Made by a program: the position numbers and the translations under genes | NCBI RefSeq assembly: GCF_000015585.1 | Contig: NC_008789.1 | Coordinates: 2,280,001 to 2,312,000 of the forward strand | DNA from: Halorhodospira halophila SL1 | GTDB taxonomy: Bacteria; Pseudomonadota; Gammaproteobacteria; Nitrococcales; Halorhodospiraceae | Direction: 5' to 3' | Length of the DNA: 32,000 nt | Notes under the pieces: generated by a model | The model's input: only the letters and a program-made list of their open reading frames with translations | What the model was told of the DNA's origin: nothing | The model's database searches: none | Part shown: one piece after another, positions 17,476 through 26,833 of the stretch | Numbering within the stretch: position 1 is the stretch's first letter | Layout: every line of letters begins with the position of its first letter

Positions 17476-18800
17476 CCGCGGACGGCGTCACGGAACGCAT
17501 CGCCGCGTGCCTCGAAGCTGCTGAAGGCGTCAAAACTGGCGCATGCCGGTGCCAAGAGAACGGCATCGCCGGGCTCGGCCCAGCGGGCAGCGGCCGCCAC
17601 CGCGCCGACCATGCTGTCGGCCCGCTCGGTGGGGACGCGCCCGGCGATGGCCGCCTCGATGGCCGCTGCGTCCTCGCCGATGAGGACCACCGCACGCGCC
17701 GATTCGGCACAGGCCTGGGCCAGCGGCCGGAAGTCGGCCCCCTTGCCCTGCCCGCCGGCGATCAGCACCACCGGTCGGTGCAGGCCGCCGATGGCGGCCA
17801 CCGCAGCACCGACGTTGGTCGCCTTGGAGTCGTTGATCCAGCGCACCCCGCGCCACTCACCCACCGACTCCATGCGATGCGGCAACCCGGAGAAGGCCTG
17901 CAGCGCCCGGCACTGGGCCACCTCGGCAATCCCCAGGGCATCGGCCAGGGCCATGGCGGCCAGGGCGTTGGCGCAGTGGGCGCGGCCGGGTACCGGCAGC
18001 TCATCGATGGCCTGTCGGGGCTGCCCGGCGGCGGCGAGCCAGGCACGGCCGCCCTGCTCGAGCAGGTGGTAGTCGGCCGGGCCGTCGAGGTTGAAATGGC
18101 GCACGGCGTCCGCCCGCTGCCCCAGGCCGGCGATCTGGGGATCCTCGGCGTTGAGCACTGCCACCCGGGCGCCGTCGAGCACCCGTGCCTTGGCCGCCGC
18201 GTAGTCATCGAGGCTGTCGTAGCGGTCCATGTGGTCGGCGCTGACGTTGAGCAGCGCCGCCACATCGGCGCGGAAGCCAGGGCACGCCTCCAGCTGGAAG
18301 CTGGACACCTCGATCAGGTAGCCATCGGCGGGCGCCTGCTCGAGCAACTCCAGGGCGGGCGTCCCCAGATTACCGCCCACGGCCACATCCCACCCGGCAG
18401 CGCGGGCCATCTCGCCGAGCAGGCTGACCACCGTGCTCTTGCCATTGGAACCGGTTACGGCGCACACCGGACCCGCCACCGCCTCGGCGAACAGGGTGAG
18501 TTCCCCCACCACCGACCGCCCGGCCGCGCGCAGCTCCGTCCAGACCCCGTGGCGCAGGTCGAGACCGGGGCTGACCACCACGCGTTCGGCGCCGAACAGG
18601 GTGTCGCGGTCGAGCCCCCCAAGCACCACCCGCACCTCGGGGTGCTCGGCTTGCAGCTGCGCCAGGCGCGGCGGCTCGCTGCGACTGTCCACCACCACGA
18701 CCACGACACCACGGGCGCGCAGATGGCGCACACAGGCCATCCCCGTCGCCCCGAGACCGGCGACAGCGGTGTACCCTTGCTGGCGGTCGCTTGCCGTCAT
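17457..18800 (-). CDS. murD: UDP-N-acetylmuramoylalanine--D-glutamate ligase
   Basis: 447 aa from [22 protein letters not shown], with GSNGKSTV and Mur ligase middle and C-terminal domains. The ATG at 18800 overlaps the mraY TGA by 1 nt. Confidence 0.94.
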   Translation of the reverse strand: MTASDRQQGYTAVAGLGATGMACVRHLRARGVVVVVVDSRSEPPRLAQLQAEHPEVRVVLGGLDRDTLFGAERVVVSPGLDLRHGVWTELRAAGRSVVGELTLFAEAVAGPVCAVTGSNGKSTVVSLLGEMARAAGWDVAVGGNLGTPALELLEQAPADGYLIEVSSFQLEACPGFRADVAALLNVSADHMDRYDSLDDYAAAKARVLDGARVAVLNAEDPQIAGLGQRADAVRHFNLDGPADYHLLEQGGRAWLAAAGQPRQAIDELPVPGRAHCANALAAMALADALGIAEVAQCRALQAFSGLPHRMESVGEWRGVRWINDSKATNVGAAVAAIGGLHRPVVLIAGGQGKGADFRPLAQACAESARAVVLIGEDAAAIEAAIAGRVPTERADSMVGAVAAAARWAEPGDAVLLAPACASFDAFSSFEARGDAFRDAVRGEVAHG

Positions 18801-19882
18801 CAGCGCACCTTCAACATCGCCAGACCGATCAGAACCAGGACCACGGTGATGATCCAGAAACGGACAATCACCCGCGGCTCCGGCCAACCCTTGAGTTCGT
18901 AGTGGTGGTGCAACGGCGCCATGCGAAAGACCCGGCGCCCGGTGAGTTTGTAGGAGAGGACCTGGATCATCACCGAGACCGTCTCCATGACGAAGATCCC
19001 GCCCATGATGAAGAGCACGATCTCCTGACGGACGGCCACGGCCACCACGCCCAGCGCGGCCCCAAGGGCCAGGGCCCCCACGTCGCCCATGAAGACCTGC
19101 GCGGGGTAGGTGTTGTACCAGAGGAACCCGAGCCCAGCACCGACGATGGCGCCACAGAAGATCACCAGCTCGCCCACCCCGGGCACCGACGGGATACCGA
19201 GGTAATCGGCAAAGACGTGGTGCCCGCTAGCGTAGGCGAAGACCGCCAGCCCGGTGGCCACCAGCACCGTGGGCATGATCGCCAGTCCATCCAGCCCGTC
19301 GGTCAGGTTCACGGCATTGGAACTACCCACGATCACCAGCGTCGCCAGGGCGATGAAACCGAGGCCCAGCGGGAAGACCCACTCCTTGACCAGGGGCAGC
19401 ACCAGGCTGGTCTCCACCGGATCCGTGGCAGTGGCAAACAGGAAGGTGCTCGCCGCCAGCGCCGCCAACACCTGCAGCGAGAACTTGGTCCGGGCACGCA
19501 GGCCCTGGCTGTCCTGACGGGCCAGCTTGAGGGCATCGTCGACCCCGCCGATGAGCCCGAAGGCGAGCGTGACCAGCAGGACCACCCAGACGTAGCGGTT
19601 GGTCAGATCCGCCCAAAGCAGCGTGGAAACCGCGATGGCAACGAGGATCAGCGCGCCGCCCATGGTCGGGGTACCGGCCTTCTCCAGGTGCGTCTCCGGG
19701 CCGTCGTCCCGGACCTGCTGCCCCACTTGGTGGAGCACCAGACGCTGGATCACCGCAGGGCCGATCATCAGCGCGATCCCCAGGGCGGTCAGCACCCCGA
19801 GGATGGTCCGGAACGTGATGTACTGGAAGACGTTGAACCCGGAGTAGAACGTCTCCAGTACCATGGCCAAGTGGTAGAGCAC
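18800..19882 (-). CDS. mraY: Phospho-N-acetylmuramoyl-pentapeptide transferase
   Basis: 360 aa, [25 protein letters not shown]...[13 protein letters not shown]...[21 protein letters not shown]...LKVR, near-collinear with E. coli MraY. GTG start directly after the murF TAG. Confidence 0.97.
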   Translation of the reverse strand: MLYHLAMVLETFYSGFNVFQYITFRTILGVLTALGIALMIGPAVIQRLVLHQVGQQVRDDGPETHLEKAGTPTMGGALILVAIAVSTLLWADLTNRYVWVVLLVTLAFGLIGGVDDALKLARQDSQGLRARTKFSLQVLAALAASTFLFATATDPVETSLVLPLVKEWVFPLGLGFIALATLVIVGSSNAVNLTDGLDGLAIMPTVLVATGLAVFAYASGHHVFADYLGIPSVPGVGELVIFCGAIVGAGLGFLWYNTYPAQVFMGDVGALALGAALGVVAVAVRQEIVLFIMGGIFVMETVSVMIQVLSYKLTGRRVFRMAPLHHHYELKGWPEPRVIVRFWIITVVLVLIGLAMLKVR

Positions 19883-21235
19883 CTAGCGTCCCTCCCCTTC
19901 TCTTGTTGGTTCGGTGCAGGTCAGGCCCGCCGCCACGCGCTCCATGGCGGCTGAGCGCGACCCCTTGATCAGCACGACCGCATCGGCCGGCAACTCGGCG
20001 CGGCACGCCTCGATCAGCGCCGATGCATTGTCAAAACAGCGGCCGCCTTCGCCGAAGGCCTCGGCCGCCGGGGCGGCAGCCTCCCCAAGGGTCCACAGCC
20101 GCTCCACCCCGGCGGCGCGCGCCCGCCGGCCGGCCCGGCTGTGCCACTCCGCAGTCTCCGCGCCGAGCTCGCCCATGGCCCCGAGGAGCAGCCACGGGGC
20201 CGCCTGGAACCCGGTCACCGTATCGATGGCCGCCTGCAGGCTGGCGGGGTTGGCATTGTAGGTGTCGTCTACCAACCAGCCGCCGTGATCTCCGCGACGC
20301 AGCTCCAGCCGCCCCGGTACGGCCGCGGCGGAGGAGATGCGGTCGAGGATGGTTCGCGCCGGCACCTCGAGGGCGGCGGCACACGCCGCTGCCGCGGCGA
20401 TGTTCTGTGCGTTGTGGCCCCCGAGCAGCGGGGTCGGCGCCGCCATCCAGCCGCCCCCAAGATCCAGCTCCAGCCGGCTGCCATGCCCCCGATGGCGAAA
20501 CTGTCCGGCGTCGGCGCCAAAGGTCAGGCACCGCCGTGCGCCCGCCATCTCCCGCCACAAGCCGCAGAAGTCGTCGTCGGCATTCAGGACGGCCACCCCC
20601 TGCCGCGGCAGCCCCTGGAAGAGCTCCCCCTTAGCGCGGGCGACCCCGTCCAGCGAGCCGAACCCCTCCAGGTGGGCCGGGCCGGCATTGGTCACCACGC
20701 CCACGTCGGGCTGCGCCCAGGCGGTCAGCTGAGCGATCTCGCCCGGGGCGTTGGCGCCCATCTCGATGACGGCAAAGCGGTGCCCGGCACCCAGCCGACA
20801 GAGCATCTCCGGGACCCCCAGCAGGTTGTTCCGGTTGCCCTCGGTGGCCAGGGTTGGCCCGGATTCGGCCAGCATCGCGGCCAGCAGTTCCTTGACCGTG
20901 GTCTTGCCGTTGCTGCCGGTCACGGCCACCAGACGCACCCCGCTGCGCCGCCGGCACTCCGCACCCAGGACCGCGAGGGCCGCCGCCGGGTCCTCGACCA
21001 CCAGCGTCGGCAGCGCCCCCACCGGACGGGTGCCGAGCACCGCCACGGCGCCGCGGGCTGCGGCATCATCGGCAAAGTCGTGGCCATCGCAGCGCGCCCC
21101 CGGCAGGGCCACGAAGAGCGACCCCGAAGTGGCTCGGCGACTGTCCAGCGCCACCCCCGTCACGGCCCCGCCACCGTTGCCGATCAGCTCGGCACCGGTC
21201 AGCGCCGCAATCTGCTCCAGGCTCAACGGATCCAT
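19883..21235 (-). CDS. murF: UDP-N-acetylmuramoyl-tripeptide--D-alanyl-D-alanine ligase
   Basis: 450 aa with VTGSNGKTTVKE, Mur ligase domains, and a position between murE and mraY. Confidence 0.94.
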   Translation of the reverse strand: MDPLSLEQIAALTGAELIGNGGGAVTGVALDSRRATSGSLFVALPGARCDGHDFADDAAARGAVAVLGTRPVGALPTLVVEDPAAALAVLGAECRRRSGVRLVAVTGSNGKTTVKELLAAMLAESGPTLATEGNRNNLLGVPEMLCRLGAGHRFAVIEMGANAPGEIAQLTAWAQPDVGVVTNAGPAHLEGFGSLDGVARAKGELFQGLPRQGVAVLNADDDFCGLWREMAGARRCLTFGADAGQFRHRGHGSRLELDLGGGWMAAPTPLLGGHNAQNIAAAAACAAALEVPARTILDRISSAAAVPGRLELRRGDHGGWLVDDTYNANPASLQAAIDTVTGFQAAPWLLLGAMGELGAETAEWHSRAGRRARAAGVERLWTLGEAAAPAAEAFGEGGRCFDNASALIEACRAELPADAVVLIKGSRSAAMERVAAGLTCTEPTREGEGR

Positions 21236-22734
21236 GCCGCCTCCCGGGGCACGGAGAGCAGCCGCGCCACCTCCTCACGGTCGGAGAACGGGAACCGCTG
21301 CCCGTCGATCTCCTGCTCGGTCTCGTGGCCCTTGCCGGCAATCAACACCACGTCGCCCGGGGCACCCCAGGCGATGGCCCCGCCGATGGCGACGCCACGC
21401 CCTGCCACCACCTCGGCGCCCTCCCCGGCGCCGGCGGCGACGGCAGCGCGGATGACCGCAGCGTCTTCGCCGCGCGGGTTGTCGTCGGTGATCAGCACGC
21501 GATCAGCCAGACGCGCCGCGACCTCGCCCATCAGCGGTCGCTTGCCGGTATCCCGCTCCCCACCGCAGCCGAAGACGACGCACAGCCGCCCGGTGGTGTG
21601 CGCACGCAGCGCCGTCAGCGCCTGCTCCAGCGCGCCCGGCGTATGGGCGTAATCCACCACCACCAGCGGCGACCCGTCGGCGTGGAACTGCTCCATCCGC
21701 CCGGGCACCGGACGCAGCGTCGGCAGCCTGGCCAGCACCCCATCCATCGGCCGCCCCAAGGCCAGGGCGGCCGCCACGGCCGCCAGCACATTGGCGACGT
21801 TGAAATGCCCGAACAGCGGCAGGCGCACCGAGTGCCGGGTCCCGCCAACACAGAGCGTCAGCTGCACGCCGTCGGCCCCCGGGATCACGGCCTCGGCCGC
21901 GAGGTCAGCGGCCGCCCCGGCGGCACTGTAGGTGAAGGCCGCCCCGGCCGCCCGATCGTGCAGGCGCCGTCCGAGCGCGTCGTCTAGATTGAGCACCTGA
22001 GCCCGCAGGCTGGGGAACTCGAACAGGCGGCTCTTGGCGTCGGCGTACGCCTCGACGGAGCCGTGATAGTCGAGGTGGTCGCGCCCCAAGTGGGTCAGCA
22101 CCGCCAGATCCACCGCCGTACCGGCCAGGCGTCCCTGCTCCAGGGCGTGAGAGGAGGCCTCCATCGCCACCCCGGTGGCGCCCGCTGCGCGGCACTCGGC
22201 CAGGGCCTTCTGCAGTGCCGCGGCATCCGGCGTGGTCAGCACGCCCGGGCGCAGGTCGTCCACCAGGCCGTGCCCCAGCGTGCCAACGACGCCCCAGGGG
22301 GCCTCCGGCCCGCTAAGCAGCTGGGCAATGAAATGGCTGACCGACGTCTTGCCGTCGGTCCCGGTAACCGCAATCACCTCCATGCCCCGGGACGGATCGC
22401 CGTAGAGCCGCCCGGCGATGGCCCCCAGGTGGCGACGCAGCCCCGGCACACCGACCATCGGCACACCGGACTGCTCGGTGGCGGTCCTCGCCGCACCGGG
22501 ATCGACCTCGTCCTGCGGATCCCACACCACGGCGGCAGCCCCCGCCTGCAACGCCGCCGGCACGTAGGCGAGCCCGTGGTCCCGGCTACCGGGTAGCGCC
22601 AGGAACACCGCACCGGGCTCGAGGCGCCGGGTATCGGGGGTCAGCCCCTGGATCGACGCGGCAGGCAACGCCTCGTCGACCCACGGCTCAAGCAGCCAGC
22701 GCAGGGTCACTTCGGGGAGGGCCGCAGCAGTCAT
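21223..22734 (-). CDS. murE: UDP-N-acetylmuramoyl-L-alanyl-D-glutamate--2,6-diaminopimelate ligase
   Basis: 503 aa with VTGTDGKTSV and a DNPR motif (ITDDNPRGED). The ATG overlaps the ftsI TGA (ATGA). Confidence 0.94.
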   Translation of the reverse strand: MTAAALPEVTLRWLLEPWVDEALPAASIQGLTPDTRRLEPGAVFLALPGSRDHGLAYVPAALQAGAAAVVWDPQDEVDPGAARTATEQSGVPMVGVPGLRRHLGAIAGRLYGDPSRGMEVIAVTGTDGKTSVSHFIAQLLSGPEAPWGVVGTLGHGLVDDLRPGVLTTPDAAALQKALAECRAAGATGVAMEASSHALEQGRLAGTAVDLAVLTHLGRDHLDYHGSVEAYADAKSRLFEFPSLRAQVLNLDDALGRRLHDRAAGAAFTYSAAGAAADLAAEAVIPGADGVQLTLCVGGTRHSVRLPLFGHFNVANVLAAVAAALALGRPMDGVLARLPTLRPVPGRMEQFHADGSPLVVVDYAHTPGALEQALTALRAHTTGRLCVVFGCGGERDTGKRPLMGEVAARLADRVLITDDNPRGEDAAVIRAAVAAGAGEGAEVVAGRGVAIGGAIAWGAPGDVVLIAGKGHETEQEIDGQRFPFSDREEVARLLSVPREAAWIR

Positions 22735-24467
22735 GACCCCTCCCTCTCGGCGACGACCGGCACTTCAAGCTCCGGGAGATCGTCGGGCGGCACATTGAGC
22801 ATGCGCAGCGCGTTGCCCATCACCCGGGAGAAGACCGGCGCGGCCACCTGGCCGCCGTAGTAGAGATCGCCGCGCGGCTGATCGATGGTCACGGCCATGA
22901 CCAGGCGCGGGTCCGACGCCGGGGCGAAACCAATGAAAGAGGCGAGGTAGTCCTCCTCGGCGTAGCCACTGGGGCCGCTCTTGAGGACCGTGCCGGTCTT
23001 GCCGGCTACTCGATAACCGGAGATAGCAGCACGGGTCCCGGTGCCGCCGGGCTCGACCACCGCCTCGAGCATGCCGCGGATCTCGGCTGCCAGCTCCGGA
23101 TCGAGCACCTGCCGGCCCTCCGGCGGCTCCTCCACCGCCTGGATGGAGATCGGGCGAATGACGCCGTCCCGGGCCAGCGCGGCGTAGGCCCGCGCCAGCT
23201 GCAACGGCGTAGCGGTGACGCCGTAGCCGTAGGAGAGCGTCGCGCGCTGCACGTCGCCGCGGGGCGGCGCCGGCAGAAACTGCCCGGCCACCTCGTCCCG
23301 CAGGCCGCTGCGCGTACGCTCGCCGAAGCCGATGTCCTCCAGGGTGTTCCATAGGGCCCGCGGCTCGGTCTCCAGGGCCATCTTCACGGTGCCCACGTTG
23401 CTGGACTTCTGCAGCACGCCGGCGATATCGAGCTCACCGTAATCGAGGAAATCACGGACGGTGTGCCGTCCGACGCGCATGGTCCCCGGGGCCGTGTCGA
23501 ACGCCTGCCCACTGCGCACCGCGCCGCTGGAGAGCGCTGCGGCAATGGTGAACGGCTTGATCACGGAGCCCGGCTCCTGGGCCCAGCTCACCGCCCGGTT
23601 GCGGCGCTGCTCAGGCTCGACGCCGGCGCGGCGATGGGGGTTGAACGAGGGCTGGCTGACCATTGCCAGGACCTCCCCGCTCGTTGCATCCAGCACGACC
23701 GCCGCGCCTCCCTCGGCGTCGTGACCGCGAACGGCTCGCTTGAGCTCGCGGTAGGCCACGTACTGGATGCGCCGATCCAGCGACAGGTGGACATCTTCAC
23801 CAGGGCGCGGCTCGCGCAGCAGCTCCACATCCTCGATGGTGCGCCCGAACGGGTCGCGGATGACGCGCTTGGCGCCACTGCGCCCACTCAGCGGATCCTC
23901 GAAGGCGCGCTCGACACCGGCCAGCCCCTGGCCATCGATGTCGGTAAAACCGACCAGCTGAGCCGCCACCTCGCCGGCCGGATAGAAGCGGCGGAACTCC
24001 TGCTGCAGCTGCACCCCCGGGGCGTCCAGTTCGCGCATGCGCGTCGCCACCTGCGGCGACAGGTGGCGACGCAGGTAGACGAAATGCCGCCCCTCCCGCG
24101 CCTTCAGGAAATCGCGCAGTTCCGCCGGAGAGCGCTCCAGCACCTCGGCCACGGCGGCGACCGCCGCGCCGTCCTCAAGCAACTCCCCCGGGTTGGCCCA
24201 GGCCGACTTAACCGGCGAGCTGATTGCCAGCGGCTCACCGTTGCGGTCGGTGATCACGCCCCGGTGCGCCGGCATGCTCACCGTGCGCAGGTGGCGGGCA
24301 TCGGCCTCGTCGCGGAGGAATTCGCTGTTGATCACCTGCAGATCCAGAGCGCGCAGGATCACCGCGCCGGCGGCGATGGCCATCACCGCCACCACGCTGT
24401 AGAGCCGCCAGCGCGGCGGCCCATTGAGCGCGGGTTGTCGGCGCGTATTCCTGCTCACTCTCGCCAC
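22731..24467 (-). CDS. ftsI: Peptidoglycan D,D-transpeptidase FtsI (PBP3)
   Basis: About 575-578 aa with an N-terminal TM anchor, a PBP dimerisation region, SVIKP (SxxK), SSN and KTGT motifs. The track start at 24467 is GTG. A second GTG at 24458 has a better SD (AAGGTGG, 5-nt spacer). Confidence 0.94.
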   Translation of the reverse strand: MARVSRNTRRQPALNGPPRWRLYSVVAVMAIAAGAVILRALDLQVINSEFLRDEADARHLRTVSMPAHRGVITDRNGEPLAISSPVKSAWANPGELLEDGAAVAAVAEVLERSPAELRDFLKAREGRHFVYLRRHLSPQVATRMRELDAPGVQLQQEFRRFYPAGEVAAQLVGFTDIDGQGLAGVERAFEDPLSGRSGAKRVIRDPFGRTIEDVELLREPRPGEDVHLSLDRRIQYVAYRELKRAVRGHDAEGGAAVVLDATSGEVLAMVSQPSFNPHRRAGVEPEQRRNRAVSWAQEPGSVIKPFTIAAALSSGAVRSGQAFDTAPGTMRVGRHTVRDFLDYGELDIAGVLQKSSNVGTVKMALETEPRALWNTLEDIGFGERTRSGLRDEVAGQFLPAPPRGDVQRATLSYGYGVTATPLQLARAYAALARDGVIRPISIQAVEEPPEGRQVLDPELAAEIRGMLEAVVEPGGTGTRAAISGYRVAGKTGTVLKSGPSGYAEEDYLASFIGFAPASDPRLVMAVTIDQPRGDLYYGGQVAAPVFSRVMGNALRMLNVPPDDLPELEVPVVAEREGS

Positions 24468-24468
24468 C

Positions 24469-24741
24469 TTAAGGGCGCCTCAGGATGATGATCTCGTCGC
24501 GCTCGGGCAGCGCCATCCCCAGCTCCTCGCCGGCGACGCGCTCCAGGCGGCTGTGCCCGGCCCACGCGCCCTGCTCGAGCTGCAGCATGCTCCACTCCTC
24601 GCGCAGCCGGTCGCTGCGCTCGAGTTCGTCCTGCAGGGTAATGAACCCCCCCCGATACTCGTGCTGAATCGCTACCACCCCCACGGCGCTGACCACAACG
24701 GCCACCACCAAGGCGATGCCCCCCCAGGCCGCACGACTCAT
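24469..24741 (-). CDS. ftsL: Cell division protein FtsL
   Basis: 90 aa, with a single TM ([18 protein letters not shown]) followed by a coiled-coil-like region (L..E...L.EEWS.LQLE). Position is between rsmH and ftsI. The ATG overlaps the rsmH TGA. Confidence 0.88.
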   Translation of the reverse strand: MSRAAWGGIALVVAVVVSAVGVVAIQHEYRGGFITLQDELERSDRLREEWSMLQLEQGAWAGHSRLERVAGEELGMALPERDEIIILRRP

Positions 24742-25712
24742 GACAACCGCTCCGCGACCCGCAATACCGCGCTGCGCGCGCGCGGGTTGCCAGCCACCTC
24801 GCCCTCGTCGGCACGGAGATCACGCCCCAGTGGCCGCAGCCTCGGCTGACAACCCGCCGGCGGCACCGGCACCGACGGCGGCAGATCGCCCACGCTGGAC
24901 GCCCGGCGGATGAACCGCTTCACCCGCCGGTCCTCCAGCGAGTGGAACGCGATCACGGCCAGCCGCCCCCCCGGGGCCAACAGGTCGATGACACCCTCCA
25001 GGAAGCGGTCCAGCTGTCCAAGTTCATCGTTGACTGCGATACGCAGCGCCTGGAAGGTCCGCGTCGCCGGATGGCGCCCCGGCTCACGCCGCGGTACCGC
25101 CTGCTCGACCAGCCGGGCCAGCGCCAGCGTGGTGCGCGGCGGGTCGCCGGCGTCCCGGGCAGCGACAATGGCACGCGCAATCCGCCCGGCGTGGCGCTCT
25201 TCGCCGAGTTGCCGCAGGACCCCGGCGATGTCGCGCGCACTCAGACGCTCCAGGAGCGCTGCGGCGGACTCGCCGGTGGTCGGATCCATGCGCATATCCA
25301 GCGGCCCATCGCGCTGGAACGAGAAACCGCGGTCGGGGTTGTCGACCTGAGGCGAGGAGATGCCGAGATCCGCCAGCAGGCCGTCGACCCCGGCGGCGAG
25401 CCCCTGCTCGGCCAACAGCCGGGGCAGCTCGGCCAGTTCGGCACCCAGCACGGTGCAGCGGGGGTCGTCCGCCAGGGTCTCGCGGGCGTGGGCCAGCGCC
25501 TCCGGGTCCCGGTCGGCCACCCACAACCGCCCTTGGGGGCCCAGTCGCTCCAGGATACCGCGGGCGTGACCGCCACGCCCGTAGGTGGCGTCCACATAGC
25601 AGCCGTCCGGACGCACGTCGAGCGCGGCCAGCGCGGCCCCATAGAGGACCGGCCGGTGTGTCGTCGCCGTTGGCTCCTGCTCCGCCACTGCGCACATCTC
25701 CGCTGCGGACAT
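24738..25712 (-). CDS. rsmH: 16S rRNA m4C1402 methyltransferase RsmH (MraW)
   Basis: 324 aa from MSAAEM.., with [27 protein letters not shown]...RGFSF and AFHSLEDR motifs. The start was re-called to the ATG at 25712 (GGGGGG 4 nt upstream). An alternative ATG lies at 25697. Confidence 0.92.
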   Translation of the reverse strand: MSAAEMCAVAEQEPTATTHRPVLYGAALAALDVRPDGCYVDATYGRGGHARGILERLGPQGRLWVADRDPEALAHARETLADDPRCTVLGAELAELPRLLAEQGLAAGVDGLLADLGISSPQVDNPDRGFSFQRDGPLDMRMDPTTGESAAALLERLSARDIAGVLRQLGEERHAGRIARAIVAARDAGDPPRTTLALARLVEQAVPRREPGRHPATRTFQALRIAVNDELGQLDRFLEGVIDLLAPGGRLAVIAFHSLEDRRVKRFIRRASSVGDLPPSVPVPPAGCQPRLRPLGRDLRADEGEVAGNPRARSAVLRVAERLS

Positions 25713-25731
25713 GTCGCCCCCCTGACCTGAG

Positions 25732-26190
25732 TTACAGGGCGAGGCTCTCCAGCTCCCCGGGGAGCTCGGCGTCGGCCGCGGCGGCCTCCTGCAGCCAGTC
25801 GGCCCGCCGCTGCTCCCAGAGGGACTCATCCCAAAGCTCAAACTTGTTGCCCTGGCCGATCAGCACGACCCGCTTCTCCAGGCCCGCATATTCACGCAAC
25901 GGCGGGGGAACCAGGGCGCGGCCGTTACCGTCGACCTGGAGTTCCTGGGCGTGACCGATCAGAAGGCGTTTGAGTCGCTTGGCGCTCGGCTGGAGGTCCG
26001 GCAGGGCGATCAGCTTACGCTCGATCTCTTCCCACTCGGGCAGCGGGTAGAAGACCAGGCAGCGATCGCGATAGTCGATCGTTGCTACTACCTCGCCGCT
26101 GCAATGACTCAGCAGGCGGTCGCGGTGCCGGGACGGGAACGCTAGCCGCCCCTTGGCATCAAGGTTGAGTTGATTGACTCCGCGAAACAC
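25732..26190 (-). CDS. mraZ: Transcriptional regulator MraZ
   Basis: 152 aa, [24 protein letters not shown]...LDLKGR-type second SpoVT/AbrB repeat ([10 protein letters not shown]). GTG start at 26190. Confidence 0.95.
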   Translation of the reverse strand: MFRGVNQLNLDAKGRLAFPSRHRDRLLSHCSGEVVATIDYRDRCLVFYPLPEWEEIERKLIALPDLQPSAKRLKRLLIGHAQELQVDGNGRALVPPPLREYAGLEKRVVLIGQGNKFELWDESLWEQRRADWLQEAAAADAELPGELESLAL

Positions 26191-26214
26191 CGCGCCCCCT
26201 GCAGCTCCATGCCG

Positions 26215-26240
26215 TGCCCTTTTATCCCACTTTTAACCAC
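26215..26240 (-). promoter_or_regulatory. Candidate MraZ operator: three G-rich boxes at about 10-nt spacing
   Basis: Minus strand: GTGGT-TAAAA-GTGGG-ATAAAA-GGGCA, immediately downstream of the -10 element. This resembles the TGGGN direct repeats with 5-nt spacers described for E. coli MraZ binding at Pmra. Confidence 0.5.
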
Positions 26241-26248
26241 GTTGCGAC

Positions 26249-26277
26249 ACTATAGGAGGGGGGCCACACCCCGTCAA
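26249..26277 (-). promoter_or_regulatory. Pmra-like sigma70 promoter for the dcw cluster
   Basis: Minus strand: TTGACG (26277-26272), a 17-nt spacer, then TATAGT (26254-26249), about 60 nt upstream of the mraZ GTG. Confidence 0.65.
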
Positions 26278-26411
26278 CCTGCCGGCCAGCGCACAGCTCG
26301 GCGTCAAACATGGAGTTACGCACGGGATTTCACGTACCGGGACGACCGACTGGATCTATTATTAAGCGTACAAACAGAACCCTGACTTCGACACCGAATC
26401 TTTTGTATGAA

Positions 26412-26436
26412 CTTGTTATTCTATGGCCTTGTTATT
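26412..26436 (+). repeat. Direct repeat CTTGTTATT x2 (16-nt period) in the AT-rich tract upstream of the rnpB -35
   Basis: Copies at 26412-26420 and 26428-26436. They lie in the most AT-rich stretch of the window, ending 6 nt before the rnpB -35, consistent with an UP-element or factor site. Confidence 0.5.
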
Positions 26437-26442
26437 AAAGGG

Positions 26443-26470
26443 TTGACGCGGTGCGGAAAGCTGGTAATCT
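26443..26470 (+). promoter_or_regulatory. rnpB promoter
   Basis: TTGACG (26443-26448), a 16-nt spacer, then TAATCT (26465-26470). The predicted mature 5' end lies 7-8 nt downstream. Confidence 0.6.
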
Positions 26471-26477
26471 ACGGGAT

Positions 26478-26833
26478 GAGTCGGCCGGATGGCCGCTGTG
26501 TCGCAAGGCGACACGGAGGAAAGTCCGGGCTCCACAGGGCAGGGTGCCAGGTAACGCCTGGGGGGCGTGAGCCCACGGAAAGTGCCACAGAAAACAGACC
26601 GCCGATGGCCGCCGCTAGGCGGCACAGGTAAGGGTGAAAAGGTGCGGTAAGAGCGCACCGCGCGACCGGCAACGGTTCGCGGCACGGTAAACCCCACCCG
26701 GAGCAAGGCCAAATAGGGGAGCGATGGCGTGGCCCGCGCCGCTCCCGGGTAGGCCGCTAGAGGCGTGCGGAGACGCACGTCCCAGAGGAATGGCCATCCT
26801 CGACAGAACCCGGCTTACAGGCCGACTCACCCT
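26478..26833 (+). ncRNA. rnpB: RNase P RNA, bacterial type A (M1 RNA)
   Basis: Universally conserved blocks read directly: GGAGGAAAGTCCGGGCTCCACAGGGCAGGGTGCCAGGTAACGCCTGGG, ACAGAAAACAGACCGCCGATGGCC, GGTAAGGGTGAAAAGGTGCGGTAAGAGCGCACCGCG, CGGTAAACCCCACCCGGAGCAAGGCCAAATAGGGG and CGACAGAACCCGGCTTA. P1 pairs GAGTCGGCC (5') with GGCCGACTC (3'). Ends are accurate to a few nt. Confidence 0.95.

Noticed and set aside
26170-26385. 71-aa plus-strand ORF, and a 29-codon minus-strand ORF, in the mraZ upstream region.
   Set aside because: They span the Pmra promoter and MraZ boxes. They have no SD, no coding-like composition and no recognisable sequence.
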